64,000 nucleotides of DNA, from assembly GCA_035493615.1 (NCBI GenBank), contig DATJHW010000085.1, positions 1,363 through 65,362 on the forward strand. Direction: 5' to 3'. Under the pieces are notes generated by a model. It searched no databases, had not been told where the DNA came from, and was given only the letters and a program-made list of their open reading frames with translations. The translations under genes and the position numbers were made by a program. The DNA is from Candidatus Saccharimonadales bacterium. GTDB lineage: Bacteria; Chloroflexota; Limnocylindria; P2-11E. This document shows positions 34,459 to 42,750 of the stretch, in pieces; within the stretch, counting starts at the first letter, position 1, and the number at the start of each line of letters is the position of its first letter.

Positions 34459-36260
34459 CACCGGGCGCTCCACGTCCAGAACGCCAGCAGCACGACCGTC
34501 CCCACGAGCAGCAGCGCGTGCTGGGCCCGCGCGCTCGCGGGGATCGCGCCGCGCAGCGCGTCCGACCCGCGCTGCGCGAGCGTGCCGACGCCGGCCACGG
34601 CCTGATCGTTCACGCGCTCGGCGCCCTCGTCGAGCTCGCGCGCGACGGTGCGGAAGGGGATCGCGACCGCCCGGTCGTAGAGCGCATCGACGCCAAGGCC
34701 GCCACGGGCCCAGCGCATGGCGCGCTCGATGCGCTCCGCGCCTCGAAGGCCACGGTGATACCCGAGCCACGCGGCGATCGAAGATGCGAGCACGACGGCG
34801 AATATCGCCCCGAGCAGCCACGCCGGAGCTTCGTCGGCAGGCCCGCTCCCGATCGGCAGGAGCCCGGCGCTGACCAGGGCGCCGAAGGCGAGCGCGCCGA
34901 TCGCGAGGAGCACCAGCGACACGTCCTGCAGCCGCCGTGGCGCGTCGGTCGCGCGTACCGCCGCAGGCGGCGCCGCGAACATGAGCGCGAAGAGACGCAC
35001 GCCGGCGAACGCGGACGCGGCGACGGCCAACAGCACGAGCGCGGTGAGGAGCGCATCGCTCTCCGAGAACGCCGCGCTCACGATGGCGGCAATGCCGAAG
35101 AAGCCTGCCGCAGGCGGGATCCCGATGAGCGCCAGCGTGCCGATGCCGAACGCTCCCGCGGTCCAGCGCATCCGCCAGCCGATCCCGCCGCGGCGCGCGA
35201 TATCCGATTCGTCACCGGTCGCGCGCCGCACCGAGCCGGCGCCGAGGACCAGCACCGCCTTCACGACGGCGTGCGCGATGAGCTGGAAGCGCGCCGCGAA
35301 GAGCGCGCCCAGACCAGCGGCGACGAACATGAGCCCGACCTGCGAGATCGTCGACCAGGCGAGGACGCGCCGCACGTCACGCTCGGCGATCGCGACCACC
35401 GCCGCGCCGAGCGCGGTGAACCCGCCGATGATCGCCGCGGCCTGCAGCACCTCAGGCACGAGCACGGAACGCATCCGCATCAACAGCACGACCCCGCCCG
35501 TCACGGCCACCGTCTGGAGGAGTGCGGACACCGGCGTGGGCGCTTCTGTGGCGTCGGAGAGCCACCCATGGAGCGGCGCCTGCGCGGACTTGGCGAGCGC
35601 GCCGATCAGCAACAGGACGCTGGCGACGATCGGCGCACCGCCGATCGTGCTCCCGTGCTCGAGCGCGACGCCACTGAGCTGCGCGAGGTCCACGGTGTGG
35701 AACTCGGCGAGGAGCAGCAGCGTGCCGGCGACAAGCGCCGCGTCCCCGATCCGGTCGACCACGAACAGCTTCGACGCGGCCGCCGCCGCGGCAGCGTGAT
35801 CGCGGTGATGCCCCACGAGCAGGTAGGCGGCAACGCCGGCGAGCTCCCACCCCGCCACGATGAGGAGGAGGTTGGCGCCGAGCACGACGAGGAGGGTCCC
35901 GGCGACCTGGAGCGAGAACGAGGAGAAGTACCGCTGCAGACCGCGGTCGCGGGCAAGGTAGCCGATCGAGTAGAGCGCGATGAGCGCCGAGACGCCGGCG
36001 ATCGCCAGCGCGACCGCGAGCGTCGCGCTGTCGACGGTGAGCGCGAGGTCCGCGCCGGGAAGCGGCAGCCACGTGGCGATGAAGGCATCGACCGTCGGAC
36101 GATCGCGCAGGGTCGCGAGCATCGACCCGCCGGCGCCGAACGACAGGAGCAGCGCGAGCGTCGTGGCGATGCCGAGGGTCCGGCGACCGAGCCGGCCGCC
36201 GAGCACCGCGATCGCGATCGCGTTCGCGAGCGGGATCGCGACGACGAGCACGAGCGTCAC
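34458..36260 (-). CDS. nuoL: NADH-quinone oxidoreductase subunit L
   Basis: 600 aa. GWELAGVAAYLLVGHH, AKSAQAPLHGWLSDATEAPTPVSALL, and a long C-terminal amphipathic extension. Confidence 0.9.
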   Translation of the reverse strand: MTLVLVVAIPLANAIAIAVLGGRLGRRTLGIATTLALLLSFGAGGSMLATLRDRPTVDAFIATWLPLPGADLALTVDSATLAVALAIAGVSALIALYSIGYLARDRGLQRYFSSFSLQVAGTLLVVLGANLLLIVAGWELAGVAAYLLVGHHRDHAAAAAAASKLFVVDRIGDAALVAGTLLLLAEFHTVDLAQLSGVALEHGSTIGGAPIVASVLLLIGALAKSAQAPLHGWLSDATEAPTPVSALLQTVAVTGGVVLLMRMRSVLVPEVLQAAAIIGGFTALGAAVVAIAERDVRRVLAWSTISQVGLMFVAAGLGALFAARFQLIAHAVVKAVLVLGAGSVRRATGDESDIARRGGIGWRMRWTAGAFGIGTLALIGIPPAAGFFGIAAIVSAAFSESDALLTALVLLAVAASAFAGVRLFALMFAAPPAAVRATDAPRRLQDVSLVLLAIGALAFGALVSAGLLPIGSGPADEAPAWLLGAIFAVVLASSIAAWLGYHRGLRGAERIERAMRWARGGLGVDALYDRAVAIPFRTVARELDEGAERVNDQAVAGVGTLAQRGSDALRGAIPASARAQHALLLVGTVVLLAFWTWSAR

Positions 36261-36517
36261 GCCGGCCGCCGGATCCGGGAGACGAGCGCATACCCGACGA
36301 TGGCCTGCGCGGCGGCGACCGCGATCGCGATGAGCGCGGCGATCTGACCGTCGAGCTCGCGGAAGCCGACCCCCGAGGCCGCGAAGGTCAGAGTCGCGGC
36401 CGCGACCATGAGCTCGACGCCGACGAGGCGTCCGGCCGCCGACGTCCGAACGACGGTGCCGACCGTGCCGACCGCGAACAGGACCGCGCCGAGTGCGAGG
36501 TACGCGGCTGTGGTCAC
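36257..36517 (-). CDS. nuoK: NADH-quinone oxidoreductase subunit K
   Basis: 86 aa with three TM helices and conserved Glu residues (GVELMVAA..., AIAVAAAQAIVG). 4-nt overlaps on both sides. Confidence 0.8.
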   Translation of the reverse strand: MTTAAYLALGAVLFAVGTVGTVVRTSAAGRLVGVELMVAAATLTFAASGVGFRELDGQIAALIAIAVAAAQAIVGYALVSRIRRPA

Positions 36518-37017
36518 CGCACGGGCTGCCGGTCGCGCCGCGCCGCTCGCGCGGCGACCAGCGCCGCGAACAGGACGACGAGCGATCCGCCAGCCGCGAC
36601 CGCGCCGCGGCCGGTCAGCAGACCGCCAAACGCGGCGACGTCGTATCCATCACCGGACCGCACGGAGACGTTCACGGGAACCTCTCCAGCGACCACGGCG
36701 ACGGCGAGGAGCCCGAGCAGCGTCACGCCGAGCACGAGGGCGAGGGCCGTCACCGTCGGACCGTCGGCAGCTTCGTGGACACGCGACGTCGGCACCGTGA
36801 GGTGCACGACGAATGGCAAGGTCGAGAACAGTGCGACCGCGATCACCGCGGCTGCGACCATCGGCGCCGCCAGTCCCGCGTAGAGAACGGCCAGTGCGAG
36901 GAGCGTGCCGGCGAGCGCGACGCCGGCTGTGCGGGCATCGCGATGGGCGACCGCGGTGACGGCACCCGCGACGCAGACCGCGCCCGCGACCGTGAAAACG
37001 ATCTGGTCGATGCTCAT
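36514..37017 (-). CDS. nuoJ: NADH-quinone oxidoreductase subunit J
   Basis: 167 aa. MSIDQIVFTVAGAVCVAGAVTAVAHRDARTAGVALAGTLLALAVLY is like NuoJ N-termini. First gene of the J-N block. Confidence 0.75.
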   Translation of the reverse strand: MSIDQIVFTVAGAVCVAGAVTAVAHRDARTAGVALAGTLLALAVLYAGLAAPMVAAAVIAVALFSTLPFVVHLTVPTSRVHEAADGPTVTALALVLGVTLLGLLAVAVVAGEVPVNVSVRSGDGYDVAAFGGLLTGRGAVAAGGSLVVLFAALVAARAARRDRQPVR

Positions 37018-37056
37018 CGCGCTGGAGTGTCGCGCACCGCGTCAGGTCGCGTCGGC

Positions 37057-37062
37057 TAGACT
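37057..37062 (+). promoter_or_regulatory. Candidate -10 box (TAGACT) for tRNA-Pro(CGG)
   Basis: GCTAGACTGAGTG lies 12 nt before the tRNA. The same GCTA-N-ACTGAGTG string precedes the other tRNA-Pro at 52221..52233. Confidence 0.4.
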
Positions 37063-37073
37063 GAGTGCTCCGA

Positions 37074-37147
37074 CGGGGTGTAGCGCAGTTTGGTAGCGCG
37101 CTGGGTTCGGGACTCAGAGGTCGAGAGTTCAAGTCTCTCCACCCCGA
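37074..37147 (+). tRNA. tRNA-Pro (anticodon CGG)
   Basis: CGGGGTG/TA/GCGC-AGTTTGGTA-GCGC/G/CTGGG-TTCGGGA-CTCAG/AGGTC/GAGAG-TTCAAGT-CTCTC/CACCCCG/A. 74 nt. Confidence 0.9.
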
Positions 37148-37163
37148 CTCGACGGATCGGCCG

Positions 37164-38030
37164 CTAGGCCGAGCGGGTCTCCCGGCGCTTCATGCCGAAC
37201 CGGCAGCCGGTGTCCTCGAGGTCGACCACGAGCCATTCGCCGTTGACGAGCGCCTCGACGCGGTAGCCATCACCCTCGTCGCGATCGATCGCGCGGAGCA
37301 TCTCTTCGGGCGCGCGCAACACGACCCACACCTTGCTGTCGCCATCCGGGCGGGCATGGCTCTTTCGCCCGGCAGGCATCGGGATGCAGCGGCGGGTCTC
37401 GAGGACCGCATCGCGGAACATCAGCCGCACCTTGTCCGGACGGAGCTCGTCGGTGCCGCCTTCGAGCTGGAGCCACGCGGCCTCGCCGTCGTCGTGCAGA
37501 CAGGTGTGGAAGACCACCCGCGTCTGGTGCGCGATCGGCAGCTGCACGAGCTTGTTCTCAGCGGGCACGGTCAACGCCCTGACTGCGGGGTTGATCTCGT
37601 CGTGGAGCTCGGCCGTCGGCTCCGCGATGGGTTCGAGGCGCTGGCGCGATCGCTCGAGCAGCTCGGGGAGCTGCGCCTTCACCCGCACCACCGCATCGGT
37701 GATCTTCTGGACGCGGCCCAACGTCTGCGTGGCGTAATGCAGCTCAGCGGTCGCGAGCTCGAGCTCGCCCCGCGGTAGCAGGAACTCGACGTAGCGCACG
37801 TATTCATGGGCCGCGCCCTCGAGGTCGCCACCGCTCGCGAGCGCGGCCGCGAGGCGGCGATGGACGCTCTGGTCGACCGGGTCCATCGCGACGGCGGCCC
37901 AGAGGATGGCGAGCGCGGCGACGCGGTTCCCGTGCTGGGCGAGGAGGGCGGCGCCCTCCTTCAGCTGCTCGAGATCCGCGCGCCGGTCGCGGTCAGTTGG
38001 GGTCGCGCCCACACCATCCAGCGGAGACAA
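37164..38030 (-). CDS. Hypothetical protein (N-terminal TPR-like helices, unknown C-terminal domain)
   Basis: 288 aa with good coding character. LAILWAAVAMDPVDQSVHRRLAAALASGGDLEGAAHEYVRYVEFL. I recognise no family for the C-terminal half. Confidence 0.6.
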   Translation of the reverse strand: MSPLDGVGATPTDRDRRADLEQLKEGAALLAQHGNRVAALAILWAAVAMDPVDQSVHRRLAAALASGGDLEGAAHEYVRYVEFLLPRGELELATAELHYATQTLGRVQKITDAVVRVKAQLPELLERSRQRLEPIAEPTAELHDEINPAVRALTVPAENKLVQLPIAHQTRVVFHTCLHDDGEAAWLQLEGGTDELRPDKVRLMFRDAVLETRRCIPMPAGRKSHARPDGDSKVWVVLRAPEEMLRAIDRDEGDGYRVEALVNGEWLVVDLEDTGCRFGMKRRETRSA

Positions 38031-38069
38031 CCCACTCAGTGTCTGTTCCCGGTCAATTCGTCAGATGAA

Positions 38070-38375
38070 CTAGTCCGATCGGGTGAACGCTCGCTCGACC
38101 ACTTCCAGGGCATGCACCGGGATGTGCACGTCCGCGTGCCGTCGCAGGAGGATCGCGAAGGGGACGGGCCCGTCCACCAGGATCCGCGGCCCGTCGACGA
38201 TCCGCGCCGGGACCGCGGTCGCCCCGTCGCTCAGACTCAGCTGTGACCCGATCGCGACCAGAGCCGACCGGCTCCGGCGCAGCTCGTCGACGAGCGCGCA
38301 TCGGTCACCGATGCTGTCGGCGATGGCGCGCAGGTACGCGTCGCTACCGGAGAGGACGCCCTGCTTCCGCCGGGC
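38070..38375 (-). other. 101-codon coding-like frame with no ATG/GTG/TTG start, in frame directly after the TGA of the upstream lipoprotein gene
   Basis: Translation ARRKQGVLSGSDAYLRAIADSIGDRCALVDELRRSRSALVAIGSQLSLSDGATAVPARIVDGPRILVDGPVPFAILLRRHADVHIPVHALEVVERAFTRSD, stop TAG 38072..38070. G/C-ending codon usage matches neighbouring genes. Confidence 0.3.
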
Positions 38376-39587
38376 TCAGCGGCTCCCCACTGCCAGGACG
38401 CCGAGCGAAGCGGGTGCCGCGGCGAGCGTGCCGAGCGGTCTGCCGGTCGCGGCCTCGACCTTCGTGATCGTGCCGCCCGAGACGGCGTACAGCCGCTGAC
38501 CGTCAGCGCTGATCGCGACCGAATCGACGAGCCGGTCGGTCAGGTAGCGCGCGCGCACGGACAGATCGCCGGTATAGATGACGATCACGCCGTGGTCGGC
38601 TGCCGCGTAGATCCGCGTGCCATCCGCCGACAGCGCCGCCGGATGGACCGGCGCGCCCGTCAGCGAGCTCGCCGCCGGTGCGACCTCGATGTTCGAGCGC
38701 AGCACGACGAGCGCCGAGGTGTTGATCTCGCTGACGACGCCGCCGGCGCCGTTCACGGCGTACAGCCGGTCGTGGTTCGCATCGAGGAGCATCGACCAGG
38801 CCGGCCGGAGCGCGGCGGGCACGTCGGGCATGTTGAGGATGCACTGCGCGTAGAGCTGCGTCGTGTTCAACGCGTGGATGAACGGACCGCGTCCCGGGTT
38901 CGAGTACAGGCTGAGGAACCAGTCGCTGCCGACCGCGACGGACGCGTGATACAGGCCGTTCATGACCTCTGGCTCGGCGGTCTTGATCTGGCCGAGCACG
39001 CCGTCCTGCAGGCCTGCGCCGTTGAAGCTCGCCACGCGCACCGCGTAGTGCGGCGCCGGTACGAGGTGCTCCACGAGGTACAGGTTGCGGCCGTCGTCGC
39101 TGACCGCATCGAATCCCACGTCGCCGTCCGCGGTGACCACGCGGTCGAGCGTTCCCTTCGCGAGGTCGACGACGGCGAACCGGTTGACCATCGTGGCGCC
39201 GGTCGCGTGCGGCGGCGCGACGAGCACCATCCACTTGCCGTTGGCCGACAGACCGCTCGGCGCAGGACCGTACGACGCCGGCATCGACCAGCGCCCGTCG
39301 AGCACGAACGACTCTCGGTCGATGCCGGTCGCGGGGTCGATGCCGCGAACGGTCGTGCGGTCGCCCGGATCGACGGTCCAGTACCGCGAGCGGTCCGGCA
39401 GCAGGGTGCCGACCGGGAGCGCCGCGACCAGCGAGTCCGTGGTCGCATCGACGACCGACATCCCGGTCGCCGTGGCGACATACAGGAGCTCGTGCGCGGG
39501 CTGCGAGGCCACCTGCGACGTGTCTTCCTTGAGGCTGCCGCAGGCCGAGAGCAGCAGGACCGCCAGGAGCACGGAAAACTGGCGCAC
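38376..39587 (-). CDS. Lipoprotein with beta-propeller-like repeats (YncE/YVTN-like)
   Basis: Lipobox LLLSACGS. Recurrent ..LYVA/LYAV..G..V..ID strands (ELLYVATATGMSVVD, RLYAVNGAGGVVSEIN, RIYAAADHGVIVIY, RLYAVSGGTITKVE). Confidence 0.75.
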   Translation of the reverse strand: MRQFSVLLAVLLLSACGSLKEDTSQVASQPAHELLYVATATGMSVVDATTDSLVAALPVGTLLPDRSRYWTVDPGDRTTVRGIDPATGIDRESFVLDGRWSMPASYGPAPSGLSANGKWMVLVAPPHATGATMVNRFAVVDLAKGTLDRVVTADGDVGFDAVSDDGRNLYLVEHLVPAPHYAVRVASFNGAGLQDGVLGQIKTAEPEVMNGLYHASVAVGSDWFLSLYSNPGRGPFIHALNTTQLYAQCILNMPDVPAALRPAWSMLLDANHDRLYAVNGAGGVVSEINTSALVVLRSNIEVAPAASSLTGAPVHPAALSADGTRIYAAADHGVIVIYTGDLSVRARYLTDRLVDSVAISADGQRLYAVSGGTITKVEAATGRPLGTLAAAPASLGVLAVGSR

Positions 39588-39626
39588 GACCTCCCTACAA
39601 CGGGCGGCCGCACCGGGTTCCCCGCG

Positions 39627-40469
39627 CTAGTGGAAGCTCGCGGCGATCCGAAGGGCCGTGGCCTTGTCGACCTGGGCCTCGAGCCGCATGACGAGCCCGT
39701 TCTGCTGCCAGATGAGCGTGTTCCCGGCCAGCCGGAGCGTGTCGGTCACGTACGACGCGCCGCCGTTGCTCGTGTAGAACACCTGGTGGGGCTGTCCCTC
39801 CAGCCACGCACCGGGTGACCCGTTGACGGTCAGCAGTTCGAGCTTGGTCCCTTGCGGCACGACCTTCCCCAGGATCGCCGGCTCGAGGTGGCCGCCGAGC
39901 TCCGTGACGAGCGCGGCAAGATCGAGCTGCGGTGAGACCGGGATCCCCGGGCGGGCGCTGTAGGCCAACGAGATGGCGGTCGAGCCCTCGACCGCGCGTA
40001 CGTAGACGGCATCCGCCGGACCGAGGGCCGGATCGGTCGGGACCGACACCCGGAAGCCAGCGCGCTTCTCGGCATCCCCGAGCGTGACAAGCTCCCCGAG
40101 CGTCGTCTGATCGAAGGTCGGCGTGGGCGACGGGATCGAGCCGGGCGAACGCGATGGCGTCGGGCTCGGAGTCGGCACCGGACCCCGGAAGATCTCGACG
40201 CCTCGGAGTCGCAGGATGTCGGTCGCGGTCGCGCGGGCCTGTGGCGAGAACACGAGCACCGCGAGGAGCGCGAGCGCGATCGTGACGAGCGCGGGGGCGA
40301 ATGCGTACCGCGGCGACCAGAACGCGCGCCACCACTCGGATCTGCGCGGCGCGCTGGTGCGCGCGAGCACGCGCGCGCGCATGTCGGGAAGGGCCGGCCA
40401 CGCGATCCGCGTGCCAAGGTCGGTCAGCGCCAGAGCCAGCTGATCGTCGGTCATCCGCAGCTCACGCAT
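39627..40469 (-). CDS. Anti-sigma factor-like membrane protein with DUF4367-like C-terminal domain
   Basis: It follows and overlaps the ECF sigma gene (ATG 40469 lies inside GATGCGTGA). Single TM helix (YAFAPALVTIALALLAVLVF). Pro/Ser/Thr linker. C-terminal ..GSPGAWLEG...LIWQQNGLVMRLEAQVDKATALRIAASF. Confidence 0.7.
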   Translation of the reverse strand: MRELRMTDDQLALALTDLGTRIAWPALPDMRARVLARTSAPRRSEWWRAFWSPRYAFAPALVTIALALLAVLVFSPQARATATDILRLRGVEIFRGPVPTPSPTPSRSPGSIPSPTPTFDQTTLGELVTLGDAEKRAGFRVSVPTDPALGPADAVYVRAVEGSTAISLAYSARPGIPVSPQLDLAALVTELGGHLEPAILGKVVPQGTKLELLTVNGSPGAWLEGQPHQVFYTSNGGASYVTDTLRLAGNTLIWQQNGLVMRLEAQVDKATALRIAASFH

Positions 40470-41025
40470 CGGCGTAGACCTCACGCAGGCGCTCCATCGC
40501 GCGTGAGAGCCGCGATTTCACCGTGCCACGCGCGACGCCGAGGGCCGCGGCCATCTCGACCTCCGAGAGATCGAGGAAGTAGCGGTACGAGAGCACCAGC
40601 CGATCCTCCTCGCGAAGCCGGCCGAGCGCGGCGAGGAGTCCCGCGCGAAGATCGCCCGCGACGGCCGCGTCCTCGGGTGAGAGGGCCGTCTCACCCGAGG
40701 CGCGATCCGCCGCGGCACTGAGCTCGACGGTCGGCCGACGGCCCGCCGCAGCCTTACGGTTCTTCGCCTCGTTGGCGACGATCCGCAGCAGCCACGGGCG
40801 GAACGGCGCGCCTTCGCGGAAGCGGTCGAGCGCGTAATACGCCTTCACGAAGGCATCCTGGGTCACGTCCTCCGCCTCTGCGGAGCTCGCCGTGATCACG
40901 TACGCGACCCGCGCGGCGAGGGCCTGGTAGCGCGTGACCAGCTCGCCATACGCGTCTTGGTCACCACGTCTTGCACGCTCCACCAACACGGATTCGCCCG
41001 GTCGCTCCAGTGGTCGGCCCTCCAC
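40462..41025 (-). CDS. ECF-type RNA polymerase sigma factor (sigma-70 family)
   Basis: Region 2 (DAEDVTQDAFVKAYYALDRFREGAPFRPWLLRIVANEAKN) and region 4 (LREEDRLVLSYRYFLDLSEVEMAAALGVARGTVKSRLSRA). I prefer GTG 41025, just after the PfkB stop. The track ORF extends to 41091. Confidence 0.85.
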   Translation of the reverse strand: MEGRPLERPGESVLVERARRGDQDAYGELVTRYQALAARVAYVITASSAEAEDVTQDAFVKAYYALDRFREGAPFRPWLLRIVANEAKNRKAAAGRRPTVELSAAADRASGETALSPEDAAVAGDLRAGLLAALGRLREEDRLVLSYRYFLDLSEVEMAAALGVARGTVKSRLSRAMERLREVYADA

Positions 41026-41033
41026 GGAGTTCG

Positions 41034-41957
41034 TTACCGCCCCTCGTACAGCCTGCCGGCTTCCGCGGTTCCCCCGCGCTCGGCCAGCCACGCCGCCCGG
41101 GACCGCAGCTCCCCGATCGTCGCCGCGGCCAGCGCCTCGACGCCGAATGAGACGACCGCGAACGACGCCGCGGCCATCCCCGCCGCGAGCGCGTCGCGTA
41201 ATCCAACGTCGCTGGCACGCTCGTTACGGGCGAGGCGGCCGATGAACGCCCCGGCCAACGCATCCCCTGCCCCGGTCGGGTCGACGGCGGCGACCGGGTA
41301 CGCCGGCAACGCGTAGGCGACGTCCCGAGTGACGAGCGTCGCGCCGCGCTCGCCGCCCTTCGCGATGACCGCCCGCGGACCGCGCCCGACGAGCAGCCGC
41401 CCGGCGGCGACCACGTCGCGTTCGCCGGTGAGCTGCACGAGCTCTCGCTCGTTGAGCGACAGGAAGGTCGCGCGCACGACCATCGCTTCGAACGCCCGCC
41501 GCCGCTCGCGGATCCATTGATCCATCGTGTCCAGGAGGACGACGTCCGGCCGGAGCTGGTCGAGGGCTCGCGACTGGACCGCCGGGTCCGTGTTGGCGAG
41601 CAGCACGTACCGCGCGTCGCGTGCGCTCTCCGGGACGACCGGGTCCCATTGATCGACCACCCCGAGATCGGCATTGCGGACCTCGCTCTCGGTCAAGCCC
41701 TCGCTGTAGCTGCCGGTCCAGCGCAGCGTCCGTCCGGCGACGCGCTGCAGCCCGGCAAGATCGACGTCGGTGCGTCGAAGCGGCTCGAGCGCCTCGTCAT
41801 CGAGGTCGCTTCCGGCGATCGACACGAGCGCGACCGGGCCATGCTTCGCGGCGGCGATGCCGGCGTACGCGCCGGATCCACCGAGCAGGCCCGAGCGTCG
41901 GCCCGCGGGTGCCTGGACATCGTCGAACGCAAGCGGACCGACGATCACCACGGACAT
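41034..41957 (-). CDS. PfkB-family carbohydrate kinase
   Basis: 307 aa. GGSGAYAGIAAA N-terminal GG motif and C-terminal DPTGAGDALAGAFIG anion-hole motif. Confidence 0.85.
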   Translation of the reverse strand: MSVVIVGPLAFDDVQAPAGRRSGLLGGSGAYAGIAAAKHGPVALVSIAGSDLDDEALEPLRRTDVDLAGLQRVAGRTLRWTGSYSEGLTESEVRNADLGVVDQWDPVVPESARDARYVLLANTDPAVQSRALDQLRPDVVLLDTMDQWIRERRRAFEAMVVRATFLSLNERELVQLTGERDVVAAGRLLVGRGPRAVIAKGGERGATLVTRDVAYALPAYPVAAVDPTGAGDALAGAFIGRLARNERASDVGLRDALAAGMAAASFAVVSFGVEALAAATIGELRSRAAWLAERGGTAEAGRLYEGR

Positions 41958-42750
41958 GCTGGATACGATGGACCCAATGTCACGCGAGCCGCTCCACGAC
42001 TACGTCTCGCGCGGCTTCGGGCCCACGACCGAGCTCTACGAGAAGATCCGGCCCGAATACCCCGAGGCCGCGGTCGACATCCTCGTACGAGAGCTCGGCA
42101 TCGCGCGCGGCCGCGTCGTCGTTGACGTGGGGGCCGGCACCGGGAAGCTCACCCGAGCGCTCGTGCGGACCGGCGCGACCGTCATCGCGGTCGAGCCGCT
42201 CGCGGAGATGCGGGAGCGGCTCACCGAGAACGTACCGCTGGCCGTTCCGTTCGACGGCAGCGCGGAGAAGATGGCGCTCCGGGATGGCTCGGCGCACGCG
42301 ATCACGGTCGCCCAGGCGTTCCACTGGTTCGATGGCCCTCGGGCGCTGGCCGAATTCCACCGGGTCCTCGCGCCGGGCGGTCGGCTCGGGCTGATCTGGA
42401 ACGTGCGCGACCGGCGGAGCGCCTGGGTCGCGGCGTTCGATGCGCTCGTCGACGCTGTCGATCCGGATCGCCCGGATCACCAGACCGGTCGGTGGCGCAC
42501 CGCGTTCGAGCGGACGGCGCTGTTCGCGCCGCTCGAGGAGCGGGACGTCGAGCACGCGCAGACCCTGACGCCGGGCGAGATCACCGAGCGCGCGGCGACG
42601 GTGTCGAGCATCGCGTCGCTGCCCGAGGGCGAGCGCGCGCGGGTCCTGGAGCGCTTTCGTGAGCTCGCGGCGACCCATCCCGACCTCCGCGGGCGCGCCG
42701 CGGTGGCGCTGCCATATCTCACGAAGGTGTACTGGACCGAGCGCCGCTAG
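41956..42750 (+). CDS. Class I SAM-dependent methyltransferase
   Basis: Motif I VVDVGAGTGKLTRAL. AQAFHWFD. LAPGGRLGLIWN. ATG 41956 shares two bases with the divergent PfkB start (CATG). Later ATGs at 41968/41977 are possible. Confidence 0.8.
   Translation: MLDTMDPMSREPLHDYVSRGFGPTTELYEKIRPEYPEAAVDILVRELGIARGRVVVDVGAGTGKLTRALVRTGATVIAVEPLAEMRERLTENVPLAVPFDGSAEKMALRDGSAHAITVAQAFHWFDGPRALAEFHRVLAPGGRLGLIWNVRDRRSAWVAAFDALVDAVDPDRPDHQTGRWRTAFERTALFAPLEERDVEHAQTLTPGEITERAATVSSIASLPEGERARVLERFRELAATHPDLRGRAAVALPYLTKVYWTERR

Noticed and set aside
38376-38378. This TGA as a second selenocysteine codon.
   Set aside because: The flanking residues (..VGSR-U-ARRKQG..) have no redox-type Cys/Sec motif, and the upstream domain is a structural beta-propeller. 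A nonsense mutation, readthrough or a separate gene seems more likely. It is reported as a low-interest finding instead.
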